Shown: piece after piece, positions 1-13,100 of the stretch | Numbering within the stretch: position 1 is the first letter of the stretch | Layout of the letters: each line of letters opens with the position of its first letter | NCBI RefSeq assembly: GCF_001194135.2 | Contig: NC_068992.1 | Location: forward strand, 8,684,361 to 8,748,360 | From: Octopus bimaculoides | Taxonomy: Eukaryota | Reading direction: 5' to 3' | DNA: 64,000 bases | Translations under genes and position numbers: made by a program | Notes under the pieces: model-generated | Told to the model about the DNA's origin: nothing | Databases searched by the model: none | The model's input: the letters and a program-made list of their open reading frames with translations, nothing else

Positions 1-767
1 TCCGGCAGTGATCCCGCTCGGATGGTCCTGTTAGCGCTCCACTGGTACGGCTGCCAGTCATCAAATTTGGTTCAATTTCGACTTATTAATAAAGACGTTC
101 AAACTGTGATCTTCCACTCCGTAAGGTATAACGTATCAAGGGCTATCTTATCCCCTGCACACGCCCGCTTCCATTTGTTAAACAATACGTAAGCATTTGG
201 CTGCTATTTCTCGCAGATCGAGTGGCCACTTGGTGATTGGATGAAATTACTGTAACTCAGCCATACTGGGGCGGTGTAGATTCTAAGAAAAATCTGAAAT
301 AGTTACAATTAAGTTATTGACCGCGTGTTTTCATTGAGATTAGATTTTAATCCAAAACAACCTCTACAGCAAGATTATGTTCATTAAATGTCTAAACGTC
401 TGAGATGATTTGCTGTTAATAAGATTATGATTTCTCAATCTATTAACCTTTTTTTAGGAAAGTATACTTACAATATCTATAAGTTTACTACCAAGTTCCG
501 GTTTGGCCGGGACGGTCCTAGTTTGAACTATCTGTTCCGCAATCCAATCCGGTTATCAAATGAATCAGGTTTGATACTGAAATGTCTCCATAATGAGATA
601 AATTCTTAGAAGAAAAAATTAAAAAGAAACAGTTTTTAAATCAACAAATACAAACTATCAACCATACTCATGTTTGAGCTCAGTCTGAGGCTAGCGTTGC
701 TTTGGCATTAGCAGAAGTCCAGCAAGTTTGTGATGTACCAACGTAGTAATAACATTCAAGTCATAAG

Positions 768-1485
768 TATTGGATCATCCCATAAATAATGCGGTTTTTT
801 CAATTGTATGAACTAAAAGTCAGAGAGGGACGGGATAAACTACCTGCATCAACTTGCTATAAAAGCAGGTAGTGATTTTACTTTTTTTCAAAACTATAAT
901 AGAAGTAATAAAGGAGCATATTCGGCATATTTTGCTTTATGAGTTCAATAAAGGCAACAACGCAACGGGAAGTGCGAGGAATATTAATGCAGTATATTGG
1001 GATCGGACAATAAACGTAAGCCTAGAAGACGAGCCTCGTCCTGAAAGATCTGTAGAGCTCGAGGAGGACGTTCTCTAAACCATGGTGGAACAAAATCCCA
1101 TCGTAACTGTTGAGGAACTAGCAGAGAAGCTTGGAGTTGGTTATTCAACCATTCATCGACATTATGCGTGCCATCGGAAAAGTCAGCAAATTGGGTCAAT
1201 GGGTTCCTCTCAAACTTTCTGAGTCTAATCACGCGCAGAGAATGAATGTATGCTCTTCTTTGCTGTCACATCTCACGAATGAACCTTTTTTGAACCGAAT
1301 AGTGACTGGTGACTAGAAATGGGTTCTCTATAAAAATGTCAAGCGCCGAAGACAGTGGGTAGGGAAAGGAGAAACACCGGCACCCCAGTCTAAAGAAGGT
1401 TTTCACCCACGTAAGGTGTTGTTATCTGTTTGGTGGGATATGAAAGGTTTAGTCCACTTTGAACTTTTAAACCCAAACCAAACGA
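768..1485 (+). mobile_element. Mariner transposon relic (left TIR plus disabled, 3'-truncated transposase)
   Basis: TA-TTGGATCATCCCATAAATAATGCGG left end. Frameshifted translation: EHIRHILLYEFNKGNNAT..., KLGQWVPLKL (WVPHEL motif), FLNRIVTGD*KWVLYKN, HPRKVLLSVWWDMKGLVHFELL. Internal deletion and stop codons. Confidence 0.9.
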
Positions 1486-2138
1486 AGTTCATGGTTTTCT
1501 GCATAATTTCTAATAAATAATGAATAGTTATCAAAGCATGCTCTAACTCTAATTCTTTGGAGTTCAAAGTCTGACTATAGAAGAAGAAAGGATGCACATT
1601 GTACATAAGGAAGATTAGGTTATAAAAATTCTTCATGCAAGTATCTTTACCTATGGTACCTATAACTTGAAGGTTGTGTTAGTTTGAGCCTAAGAAATTA
1701 TGGGAAGCCTAGATATTTATATCTATTCTACATTTCGATCAGTTTTATCTTCGGTCGTCATTAGGTATCTCATCATTGGGTGTGTATATGAATAAGAACA
1801 CTAAGATTCTTCGTTTGAATCTAGTCTGGGAGCAGTTTCATATTCAGGAAGAAGACACCTAATGATAGGCAAAAGTTTCAAAAATGTAGTGTAAATATGA
1901 TACATTCGAAAAATGAGTTTAATAATCCGATAATTATCTTGAGATCATGTTTACATACATGATATTTACCAGGGAGTTAATGACAATTAAAAAAAATAAT
2001 AAGCCACTCAATTATGCAAAACATAATTGTTTATAACTGATAGGTATAATTGTAAACGTACACGTGTAAGAATAAGGTATATAATACACATCAATGAAAA
2101 CAGCTTTGTGCATTCAGTGAGTTTGTGATATTAAATGC

Positions 2139-2183
<45 letters not shown>

Positions 2184-2314
2184 TTTATTAATAAAGCTGT
2201 AAAGACATCACAATGACTGTTACTCAGAGTTTCACGTTCCAGCTCGTCAGTTTTTGATTGCGTACCACAATGAAGGAGTATGATGATAAAAAATAGTTTT
2301 AACAAAAGTTTTTT

Positions 2315-2612
2315 TTTTCTTTCACCTGTTTCAGTCATTTGACTGCGGCCATGCTGGAACACCGCCTTGAAGAATTTTAATCGAAAGAATCAACCCCAGA
2401 ACTTATTAATTTTTGTAAAGCCTGGTTGTCAAGCGGTGGTCGGGAACAAACACACACACGAGAGGATTCTTCCAGTTCTCGTCTACCAAATCCACTCACA
2501 AAGCTTTGGTCAGCCTGAGACTAAAGCAGAAGGCGTTTACCCAAGGTGCCGTGCAGTGGGCCTGAACCCAGAACCACGTGGTTAGGAAGCAAACTTCTTA
2601 CCACACAGCCAT
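2315..2612 (-). mobile_element. tRNA-headed SINE family A copy
   Basis: Head GGCTGTGTGGTAAGAAG...GGTTCAG; body AAAGCTTTGTGAGTGGATTTGGTAGACG; tail GCATGGCCGCAGTCAAATGACTGAAACA. Confidence 0.85.
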
Positions 2613-2634
2613 AGAGGAGAAAACTATAACTATA

Positions 2635-2830
2635 TAGAGGAAAAGCTGAACAAAACTACCTCAAACAGATTAATCGAAAACAATTGAAGATGCAGGTTCT
2701 GCTCACAGAATATTTCTTGCACCTATACTATTATGAACAGAAAGGTATCACGGCTTCTGATACCATGACGAGTCCAGAATGAGCTATGCGAAAATCTTAC
2801 CGGTTGTAGAAAAGTGTTATCTTAAATTTC
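2635..2830 (+). mobile_element. Possible RLE-type non-LTR retrotransposon C-terminal remnant
   Basis: Across frameshifts: NYLKQINRK / CRFC / YHD / ELCEN, resembling the RNY.K.I...CRFC...RHD..HWELCK zinc-finger region. Highly decayed. Confidence 0.3.
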
Positions 2831-5192
2831 AACAGTCAGTTTTGCTACCTGTGTATTTGGGAAAGGCGAGAAAGTATCAAGCCGTCGGTGAAATCTTCTG
2901 CATAACTTCTTTTGTTTTGTAGATATCTTCAATAATGCTGTAAAAAAAAATCACTATTGTTTCTGACCCTGCAACTTCGTAAATTTCATCTGAATGTCAT
3001 TGTAATAATTTATTTAATTTCTGGCCCTCGTAGAGAACAGAAGGTTGTAGGTCCAAAGTTGGCTGCTGAGAGATATTTGATTCAGATTCGAGAGAGTGAC
3101 AACTATTAAAGGCCGTCGAATCATTAAATTGTGGAAGTACTCTCGTTTCAAGTTCCCTAATCAATTTTGAATAATCTGGGACGGAAGTTATCTCCCGTGC
3201 ATCTTGCCAGGGCTTACAGGGTTCTCCCATCCTAGCGAAAACACCAAAACCTCTCTCAAATGACAACTTGCAATCATATAAGGGTAATTTTCCTATTTGA
3301 CATTTGTAAAATCCTGGCGATCCAAAAAAGGTTATTTCAATAAAACATTATAATTATAAGTGATACACACTACCAAAAGCTAATAAAAGGTGAGGAACTT
3401 ATAACAATACTAATATGTCCTAAGATAGTGGTGTGTTTTGAGGGAGATTTGTCTGCAGATTATGCAATTACATGGAGGCTCTTTTATTCCCTTGTCCGAT
3501 GGTATCATCAGGTATCTTTTTAAAGTTTCCAAATTAAGTTCTTGGTGAAAAGAATAGTAAAAATTATATCTTGTTTGCTTCTAAATACATTTTAGGGTGA
3601 AATAAAACAAACACAGAACTATACAGTATATCCTGTTATACCTAAGAAGACATGGCAAGAGAAATTTGCATAAAAGTTGTAAAAGGGATGCTTGTCTTCA
3701 GAAGAATTTCTCAATGAAAGCCTGTTCAGCCTTTTTCGTGTCGAGAAACCGAGAGGTCTAAATTATATCTGATATAATGTTTCAATTAATTTTGTTCATT
3801 ATTTGTAGTTCATTTTTCTGTGTTATGAGAATGGTATTTGTGCTGAAATATCACCTGTTAATAATGGTATTGGCTTTATATTCTTTTTCTTCTAAGCATT
3901 TCAAGTGTTTATAATTGCTCAGTATATACATTGCAATTACAGTTTTTGCTGCACACCCCAGACATTATATCAACAGCATTCGATATGGCAAGTGCAAGAA
4001 GTAACCAAATCAGAAATATTATACTTTAATGAACAGAATTAAAAGTAAATTTATGACTCATTTAAGCAAATCAAATTCCTTAAAACATGTTTGTTTATTA
4101 ACAGAAGGATAACAAATAAATCAGTTGAAATTTTTTTTTTTTTTTTATTTCTTCCAAAAGTAAGAGTCTAATTTGTAGTTTTTCAGTTTTATTTACCTGA
4201 AAAAGGTAAAAAGAAATATTGTTATAAAATAGAACATAACAGGAATTCTGACAATTTTGAAAGAAAAATTCATATTATTACTAAACTTATTACAACAACA
4301 AAAAAGAAATTATTAAATCAATAAGCAGAGAAAGATCATAGTTAAGGTTAAGATGCTTGCTCTTACTACAGCCAATTTTTGTAGCTCCTGAAGAAGACCT
4401 ACAACTCCATTACAGCTTAGTTAATTCTTCTTCCAGGTTTTCAAGAGTCTAGGTCTCTGAAACAATGCATTTCCGATGGCAAGAATGACAAGGGATTGTC
4501 TATACAATTTAAGCAGATTACGACAAATTGGTTTAATGAGCTTTTCATACACCCATAAATTCCAAATCAGTATAAATGTTAATGTTATATACGTGATAAG
4601 CTACATTTATGTACAGCAACTTAAAATCAATGTTCTTTGGGTGGCTGCAAAATAGTGGTTTATGTCTGATGAGAGACAATTATTCCAAAACATATTAGTA
4701 AATAGATTGAGAATCTTTTACTTTTCTCTTTACCAAAGACAACAGAATCTTTTCTAATCAATTTAATCTCCACAAACCAGGCTCTCAACTCAAATAAATA
4801 ACTGCAGAGTCATCTACATTATACATGTACCAGATATTCTGAATCAAGTCCTTTTATACACACACACACACACACATATATATCATAACCATTTCAACGT
4901 CCACTTTCTCATGCTTGCATGAGTTGGATGGTGTTTACCAATGTAGATTCTCTACAAATGGATGCACTTCCATATCCAAACCATTTCTGTCAAATTTGAT
5001 GAAAATCAATTTAGCCTTTTTCCAGTAATTTTGCAAACACACAGACAAGTGATTAGCATTTTAATTGCCACCCATTATCAAGTTATATAGTGCAACAAAG
5101 ATGGTTAATGACAAATTAATCAGTTTAACATATATCAACAAACATAATATGGGAATTATTAAGATAAACATACCTAAACAATATTACTAAAA

Positions 5193-8100
5193 TTACATGT
5201 CATATACACTTTTCAGAGCAAGCTCTGGTTTGTCGTAACCCATCTCTTCAGGTGTGAGAATGCCTAATTCATCTAATGTTGGTTTGATCTCTTGTATAAC
5301 ATAGGGCCAGATTTCCTTCACTCGGCTACCACATTTGTCCTGCAATGGTAAGTTTGTTAGAATTAGTTTGGTAAGTTTTGAACATCTTTTTACACTTCTG
5401 TAAAGAAATTTCAAAACGACCAGCTCTGGCCTGAAATTGAAATATAATTATCTTTACCTTAATAGCTTCAAGAAACCTCACAGCAAGAGCATAATCATTC
5501 AATCTTCTGCAAGCATGCATGGCAGCAATAATAATTCTTGGTTCAGGAACAAGATCCATGCTCTGAAATTATCAAAAATTATTCCTAGTTATCATCATCA
5601 TCACCATCATTATTAGCATCAGTTTAAATTCTCCCTCAAAGGGAGGGAATCCAACTGTATCCATTCCCTCAAAAATTTTATGTTCCCTGTTACTGTGTTT
5701 GTCAGATGACAAGGATGTAAACCATTGAGGAAACCATTATGTGGTCACTTGAACTGCTAGAGATGGTAGCCAAGCTTTCCTTAGGGTACACCTCTCAGTT
5801 TTAAAAAGATCAAAGGACATTAAATAATGAAGTGTAGATGGTATGGTTGAGTGGAATTCCTTTGGTCATAGATCTGCTCGATCAGGGTCTTTCTGAAGCT
5901 AAATAACTAAGATAACACAAACTGAACTGTCTATACAAGGATAGTACGTCAGTATCAACACAATATCATGAAACACTAATTTAAATAGCAGCTTTTTTTT
6001 TTTTTTTTTTATGTGGCTGGTAATGAACCCAACTGGTATCTTTTTAAAACAGGCTTAAGTTACAAAGGTTGGGAAACTGCTTTTTATCAACTTGAGATCA
6101 ATCAATAATAAAGGTAAAGGCAGTGTAATACTGCAGTGCACCAGGACTGAGTGTGTGCGTCTGTGGGGGTCACTGATACTCGACAAGTACTCGTATAGGT
6201 TGAAAAAGCTTTGTTGGGGAAGCTACATCGTAAGTAGATATATGATATCATCTATGTGATAGCAGAAACTAGCCGAACTTAAACAAAATGAAATATTGGC
6301 CAATGACCTCCTATCTGAATATACTATAGGGAAATAGGGGAGACAACTCAACACATGTTTACGATCCCGCAGCAAATCCTAGATCGCTGGCCAGTTTTAG
6401 CGAGTACATAAATCAGTTAAGATATAGCTAAATTGCACATGTGTTGGACTGGAAGAAAAACTTGACATATTCAATTTGCCTTAGATGTATGCATATATTA
6501 ATTACGCCATGTAATGTCCAAAGTTGTCTCCCGTACCTGCTAATGAAAACAAGAACTAAGTATACATTCCTGATGAGCCCAGTTTCCCCACTGTATCCTT
6601 AAGAGTTTAGTCAAACAATCAACCCCAGTGCTTATTCTATTGGTCTCCTTTGCTGAACCGTTATGTAAGTGACAAAAACAAACCAATACCAGCCATCAAG
6701 TGGTGTTGTTGACAGCACACGAATGGGCTTCCACATGATTTCCTTCTGTCAACTTTCTTCATAAATTGGCCAAGGACTAAAGAAGACACTTGCCTAAGGT
6801 GCCACGTGGTGGGAAAGAACTCAAAACCTTGTGGATGCAAAGTGAGCTCCTTAACTCCATAATCATATCTATGCCACAGCGATCTCACTTGTCTTTGCAG
6901 GAATCATAAATTCAGTTCCTCCTGCCCATTTTAACTCGTTAAATAAAAACTCACACTGTAAGTATTAGTTGCATTAAACAAACAAATCCAACTTACGCAT
7001 AAGTCATTCATGACTTTCCTGATTTCCCAGCCATCAAGGTGAGGTTGGTTGAAATGGTTTTCATAGCGAGTATCGAAATCTTCATCTGATTCTCCTGCTG
7101 GTGCTTTGAAGTGTCGAACAGCAAATGCAGCTGGAAAAGAGAGAGGAAATTAAAGGTAACTTTTACTTCAAGATGTTCACAATCAATTGAAGAATGTTAA
7201 GAATGGGGTAGACATTAGAATGCATAACAAATAAATAAGAGGCCATATCGAATTTGAAATGATGAATATGTAAGAACAGATATTGAAGATGTATCTCAAC
7301 TTTACCAGTATTTTGCAAATAATATTTAGGAGCTGAAGTCTCGAGTACAGAAGCATGCTGTATGAATGTATATTTGTCGGGGCTTATGTTTACAATTCAA
7401 AACAGATCATCATCATCGTTAAACGTCCGCTTTCCATGCTAGCATGGGTTGGACGATTTGACTGAGGACTGGCGAACCAGAAGGCTGCACCAGGCTCCAA
7501 TCTGATCTGGCAGATTTTCTACAGCTGGATGCTCTTCCTAACGCCAACCACTCCGAGAGTGTAGTGGGTGCTTTTATGTGGCACCGGCACGAGGGCCAGT
7601 CACAAAGGACTGGCAACGGCCACCCTCAAAAGGTATTTTTTACGTGCCACCTGCACGGGAGTCAGTCCAGCAGCACTGGCAATGACCTCACTCGAATGAT
7701 TTTCTAACGTGCCACTAGCACAAGTGCTAGAAGGCAACGTTGGTAACGATTATGCTCTAATGGTGCTATTTATGGCCACTAGCATGGAAGCCAGACAGCT
7801 GCTCTGGCATGAACACGCTCGGCAGTGCTGTTAGTGCTCCATTGGCGCGGTGACCAGTCATCGAGTATGGTTCCATTTCGATTTCATTTGCTCCAACAGG
7901 TCTTCACAAGACCTCCCTTTATATTCTGTAATTTGTGGTTCAACAATTCAAGATCGAAAAAATACCAAACTTAAATAAGTTCTTTAATAGTGATCGAGTA
8001 TGGTTTCATTCCAATGACAACTTGTAATAAAAAAAACACACACACACACACGTTCTGAGTTCAAATACCACCTGGTTTTTACTTTACCTCTCATTCTTCC

Positions 8101-11100
8101 ATAGTTAATTAAAAACTATTAGAGAACTGGGATAAAAAAGTTCATTATGATACTTGAGTTAAAGCTAAAGCAGATTTGATGGCTCACAGTATGGCAAAAG
8201 TATCCCAAAGACTTGGTTGTTTAAGATACTTGAGTGGGCTGCAAAGTTCATAGGCCGACTATGAAGGAGTGATGTTCATCATCATCATTTAATGCCTGTG
8301 TTCCATGCGAGTATAGGTGGGACGGTACCACAAGAGCTGGCCAGGCCAAAGCCTGCACCAGACTTCTGTGACTGTTTTGGCAGGATTTTTACAGCTGGAT
8401 GCCCTTCCTAACACCAACCACTCAGCAGAGTGAACTTAGTGCTTTTTAAGTGGCACAAACACAGTCAAGGAGAGAAGTGCTTTTTACATAGCACAAGCAC
8501 AGACGAGATCAGTTTTGGCAAGGTTTTTACAGCTGGATGCCTTTCCAAACACCAACCACTTTACAGTGTGGAGTGGGTGCTTTAAGTGGTACCTGCACTG
8601 ACAGGATCACCAAGTACTTGCAAGACAAAAACTTTTAAGAGGGGAGGAGGCATTGGAGGAGATGATGAAAAGGTGATGATGGCCGTGTGGTAAGAAGCTT
8701 ACATCCCAACCACATGGTTCCAGGTTCAGTCCCCTTGGGAAAGTGTCTTCTATTACAAGCCTTGGGCCAACCAAAGCCTTGTGAGTGGATTTGGTAGATA
8801 GAAAGTGAAATAAGCCTGTTGTGTTTGTGCCCCACCACTGCTTGACAAGTGATGGTGTGTTTATGCCCCTGTAACTTAGCAGTTTGACAAAAGAAATTGA
8901 TAAAAGAAATACCAGGCTTTAAAAAAAGTACTGGGGTCGATTCATTTGACTAAAAATTCAAGGTAGTGCCCCAGTATGGCCACAAAAAGATGAAACTATA
9001 CAATAGACATGCACACACATAAGAACAGGCATGAATGTGTGGTTAAGAAGTTTGCATCACAGTCTGCTAGCTTCACTTTTGATGTGTCTGCTACTATAGC
9101 TTCAAGTTACTCGTAACTGGAGGCTGTATTAGAAGTCTTAACAATACTGAGGAGGAGGTTATAAGTGAAATTTGATAGACAAAAACTGTAAAAAAAAGAA
9201 CCCCATCAGACACAAGCAAATGGATATAAGAGAGTGTGCATGCAAGTTGGATGATCTGCAGTGTGGGGATTTTTGTAATAATGACAAGCGAGTCACATGG
9301 CAGAAATGATGTTTGTAGGTTAGGGAGTGATCATGGCAAGTCTTTCAGCCCATCAATAAAGACATCAGCACAGTTCATGATATACAATCTATAATTGAGC
9401 TACATTCAAGGTCAGGAGGCGCAATGGCCCAGTGGTTAGGGCAGCGGACTCGCGGTCATAGGATCACGGTTTCGATTCCCAGACCGGGCGTTGTGAGTGT
9501 TTACTGAGCGAAAACACCTAAAGCCCCACGAGGCTCCGACAGGGGCTGGTGGCAAACCCTGCTGTACTCTTTCACCACAACTTTCTCTCACTCTTACTTC
9601 CTGTTTCTGTTGTGCCTGTAATTCAAAGGGTCAACCTTGTCACACTTTGTCACGCTGAATATCCCCGAGAACTACGTTAAGGGTACACGTGTCTGTAGAG
9701 TGCTCAGCCAACTTGCACGTTGATCGGATCAACCGGAACCCTCGACGTCGTAAGCGACCGAGTGCCAACAACATTCAAGGTCAGCATTTGATCGGAACAG
9801 AAATAATTTGGGGGGTCTAAAGAGAGGCATAGTTTCAGAGATGCTGAACGAGTAATGTCATAGAGGTTGCCACAACGTATCATCAGAGATTACAAGACCT
9901 AGTATTTGGAGTAATTTTAAGAATTTTGTTTGTTGTTGTTGTTTAGTTCCAGATCAGCCTCAATGATGAAGACTGCAATGAACAGCATTTCAATCATGAT
10001 CAACTTATTCCGTTTTGGGCTCTTTTAGACCAGGGTTTTCAAACTGTGGTCCGCAAGGACAAGACAGGGGGTCCGTGGACAGCAAATACTTTTTATGGGC
10101 AATTTGATTTTATATATATTTTTTAATCGAAATCTTTTAATTGACAATAAATCTATTTGTTAAATACTGTTAAATAAATGTAAAAATGTTATTTTAAGCA
10201 AATATTTATGTATAAATTTCATAAATTTCATAAGCAAATATTTATGTATAAATTTCATAAGCATGTCAAAAAGTTTGAAAACCCCTGTTTTAGACAATAT
10301 GGTCTCTAGGTTTACAATTGCTAATGTATTGTTTTTAAGGTAGTAAGGCTGTAATTCAAAGGATATTTGGCTGCTCTTTGTTGCAAGTTATGTAACCACA
10401 GAGACTTCATGCTGAAGGAAACTAGTTTGTCAAGTCCTCATTAAATGTCTTCATAGTTTCTCTTCGTAGAAACAACACAAATCTTTTAACTAGACTGTGT
10501 ACAGATGATGCAGGCAAGCAGAAGTAAAGGGTAGTACAATCTGCATAAGACTGTAGCAGCAAGGTTGTTAATGTAAATAAGGGATTCAGAGACATAATAG
10601 GGCTTTGAGTTACACACGAGTTGATAGGTGGATCAGTGAGAACTACATTAGCTTACACTTTACCGTAAGGCAGTCCAAAACAAATGACCAATTCAAGAAA
10701 TGAAAAGAAGAGTTTACAGGTACTATAGATTAGAGCTCACTATAGTTACAATCCATACCCCTCATTCAGGTGGCTTTCAATTTTAAATATCACTCCACTT
10801 GATGTGCATAGAAAACGAATTTTTTCAATTAACTGATGCAGGATTTCTCACACGAAATGTATAGTCTACTATGAAATAATACAAGCAATAAAACAGAATT
10901 GAAAATACATCAACAGCTGAAATAGTTTTTAAAATGAGGAAGCCTCTACGCGAACTGCCTCGACAAACTAAAAATTCCATCCTAAAAAAGCAAAACAAAA
11001 AGCTATAAGATAATGGTAGTTCTTGATAGTTGTCGTTTTGGTCGAAACTAAAATACGTCATATACAATTTAGCATTCTGTAAATTATTAAAATTATGTTC

Positions 11101-12113
11101 CACTATTGTATCTGCTAGTTAAGTATCATTGCTAAATGTTATCTCTTAACCTTGACTAGGCCGCAACCATTATCAGGATTTCTATTACTCTTCCGGAACT
11201 TGTGTCGTTTGAGGAGCAACGCTTAGCAGGAGTATCAAAACTAAAACAGTACCTAATATCTTTGTCCGTTGTCGATGGTTGACGTCATTAGCCCAGGTCA
11301 ACCATGTTCCATTATGATCAAAAATATTCCAAAAGCTATAATTATGGCATATTTTTAAAACTCTATTTCAGATATCGTGTATTTAGGAAAATATATCCAA
11401 TGTATCCTGGCTTTAAAAAAGGCAATTTTTTTCTTAATGAACCGCGTAGGGGTGCACTTGTAAAAATTTACCAAAACAAAGTTGGGATTTGGCTGTTGTT
11501 TCTAGCAGGTCGAGTAACGACTTAAGAGATTCCCTGATGTTTTGGTTTACTGTAGTTAACAGATTTGCTGAGTTATAAATATAAAGCAGGCGAATACAAT
11601 GCAATTTAATTTTGCCCAAGCCTTATAAAACTACCACCTGCCAAATAACCAAAACTGATTTTGTGTTTATAAAACGCGGGCAGCTATTCGTGAAATAGAT
11701 TATTTGGTAAGAGGGGAAGAGATGCGCCTTATAAACCATCAAATACATACTTTGGTTTCGGTTTGAACAAAGAATATTCAAAAGCAGGTAAAAACGAAAC
11801 GAATAATCCATCTAGCCAACCATGCCGTTCGGTCGAAACAGCGTTGAAAAATTGATTTCGAAACAAAAACATATCGATGCGAATTCCTGGGTTTCATATA
11901 AGAATTTAAGTGATCTTGAATAAAGGCCAGATTAAGACTGTTTCTTCCATTCTATTAATGTGTAAGGACAAGACTGTATCTGGCGTGAAGGTCAAAGTCC
12001 ATAACTAGTTTTTTTTTTCCCCCACCTCGCTAAAATATTTAAAATATTTAATTTTATAAAGTTACTGGAAATATTTCCATTACAAATTGTCTTTGAAAAA
12101 TCCACTAAAACTA

Positions 12114-12152
<39 letters not shown>

Positions 12153-12890
12153 GGACACAGTAGTGTATATATATATATAATGGTATGTTTAGTTAAGAAC
12201 GTAGTAGAGTACAGTATAAAGCTCATCCACCTTCAGATTTCAGCCAGTGCTATCCTGTAGTAGTATTATGCGTACTTCCAGGTTTGCGTCTGGGCCTCTG
12301 TCGTGTGTGAATAGATAATTGAATTTGGAGTAAACAAGGAGTAGTGATTGGAAATAAATGTTCAGATGTATTCCGTGTTGACTCCAAATTTTTTCAATTT
12401 TTTAGATATATAACATATTTACATATGCATAAATGTGTGCACGGACGAAAGTTACGAGTACAGGTAATAGGGAATTTCCTCTATTATAATTTCATTCACA
12501 TTTATTTGAATTATTAAAATGACCTCCACCAGTATTTGATTGGTACTTCCTTTTTTCGATCCCGGAAATCTGACAAGAACTTACCAATAGCCTAGTAAGT
12601 TATAATAGAATAAACATTTCCATAAACCACTTATATTGAAGAATTACTTCGTCTAGTGTTCTCTATTAGAAAATGCATTAAATTGTCTATGCGCACATAT
12701 ATATAGATTTATATATATATATATACACATTCACTAATATATATGCGTGTGTACTTGAGGAAGGACAAAAATGCAATGTCGAAATTTTATAGAAAAGCTT
12801 ACCTAAAGACGGATGGTGTTGAACTTTCACCGTCTGTATGGCATGACGAGCAACTGGTAGAGCCAGTCGAGTAATAACAGCTCGAAGCAT
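5193..12890 (-). CDS. COX5A: Cytochrome c oxidase subunit 5A, mitochondrial precursor (157 aa, 4 coding exons)
   Basis: complement(join(12803..12890, 6997..7130, 5458..5562, 5193..5339)) = 474 nt, all GT-AG, phases 1/0/0. Translation: Arg-rich presequence [16 protein letters not shown]..., then [71 protein letters not shown]...[25 protein letters not shown], the COX5A signature. Confidence 0.97.
6590..6876 (-). mobile_element. SINE family A copy in COX5A intron 2
   Basis: Homologous to 2315-2612. Confidence 0.75.
7406..7887 (-). mobile_element. RTE-tail repeat family D with variable repeated body
   Basis: (CAT)n on the plus strand, CTACAGCTGGATGCTCTTCCT core, repeated TTTTACGTGCCAC units; its distal part also matches 1-80. 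Other copies: 8278-8625 (-), 16100-16310 (+), 19462-19578 (+), 22250-22442 (+), 60232-60352 (-). Confidence 0.8.
8680..8985 (+). mobile_element. SINE family A copy in COX5A intron 1
   Basis: GGCCGTGTGGTAAGAAGCTTACATCCCAACCACATGGTTCCAGGTTCAGTCCC... plus family A body and tail. Confidence 0.85.
9415..9770 (+). mobile_element. tRNA(Arg-like)-headed SINE family B, insertion with TSD
   Basis: A-box TGGCCCAGTGG, B-box GTTTCGATTCC, TCG at the anticodon position; 13-bp TSD ACATTCAAGGTCA (9402-9414, 9771-9783). Confidence 0.9.
10031..10287. mobile_element. hAT (Charlie-like) MITE, 257 bp
   Basis: TIRs CAGGGTTTTCAAACT and AGTTTGAAAACCCCTG; perfect 8-bp TSD TTTTAGAC at 10023-10030 and 10288-10295. Confidence 0.85.
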
Positions 12891-13100
12891 GATTTAGAAA
12901 TCAAAGAGACAGAGTGAAAGGACCACCACGAAGGAAAAACTATCAAATTGGAAGGACAAAATGGCAGGAAGAATGGGTTGAAAGGCGGAACTTCCGGTAA
13001 AGATGGGAGGTAACTCTTTAAAAGCATTTCGTCATTCTGGTGATGTTGATGTGACGCAGCTAGGTGTGACAGCAAGGTCTATTTTCAGTGAGTTGTCTAT
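12891..13100. promoter_or_regulatory. Probable shared bidirectional promoter of COX5A and JTB
   Basis: Lies between the divergent genes. ETS/GABP core ACTTCCGG at 12990-12997, YY1-like AAAATGGC (12958) and AAGATGGG (13000), CRE half-site TGACG (13052), possible donor ca|gtgagt near 13088. TSSs not observed. Confidence 0.6.

Noticed and set aside
9415-9490. tRNA gene (also heads at 25163, 31120, 34930, 21751, 53814)
   Set aside because: A and B boxes are present, but there is no complete acceptor stem and each continues into a SINE body.
12827-13075. 82-aa ORF overlapping the COX5A start
   Set aside because: Non-ATG start, spans promoter sequence, no homology; its internal ATG matters only if the TSS lies beyond ~13030, which is unknown.
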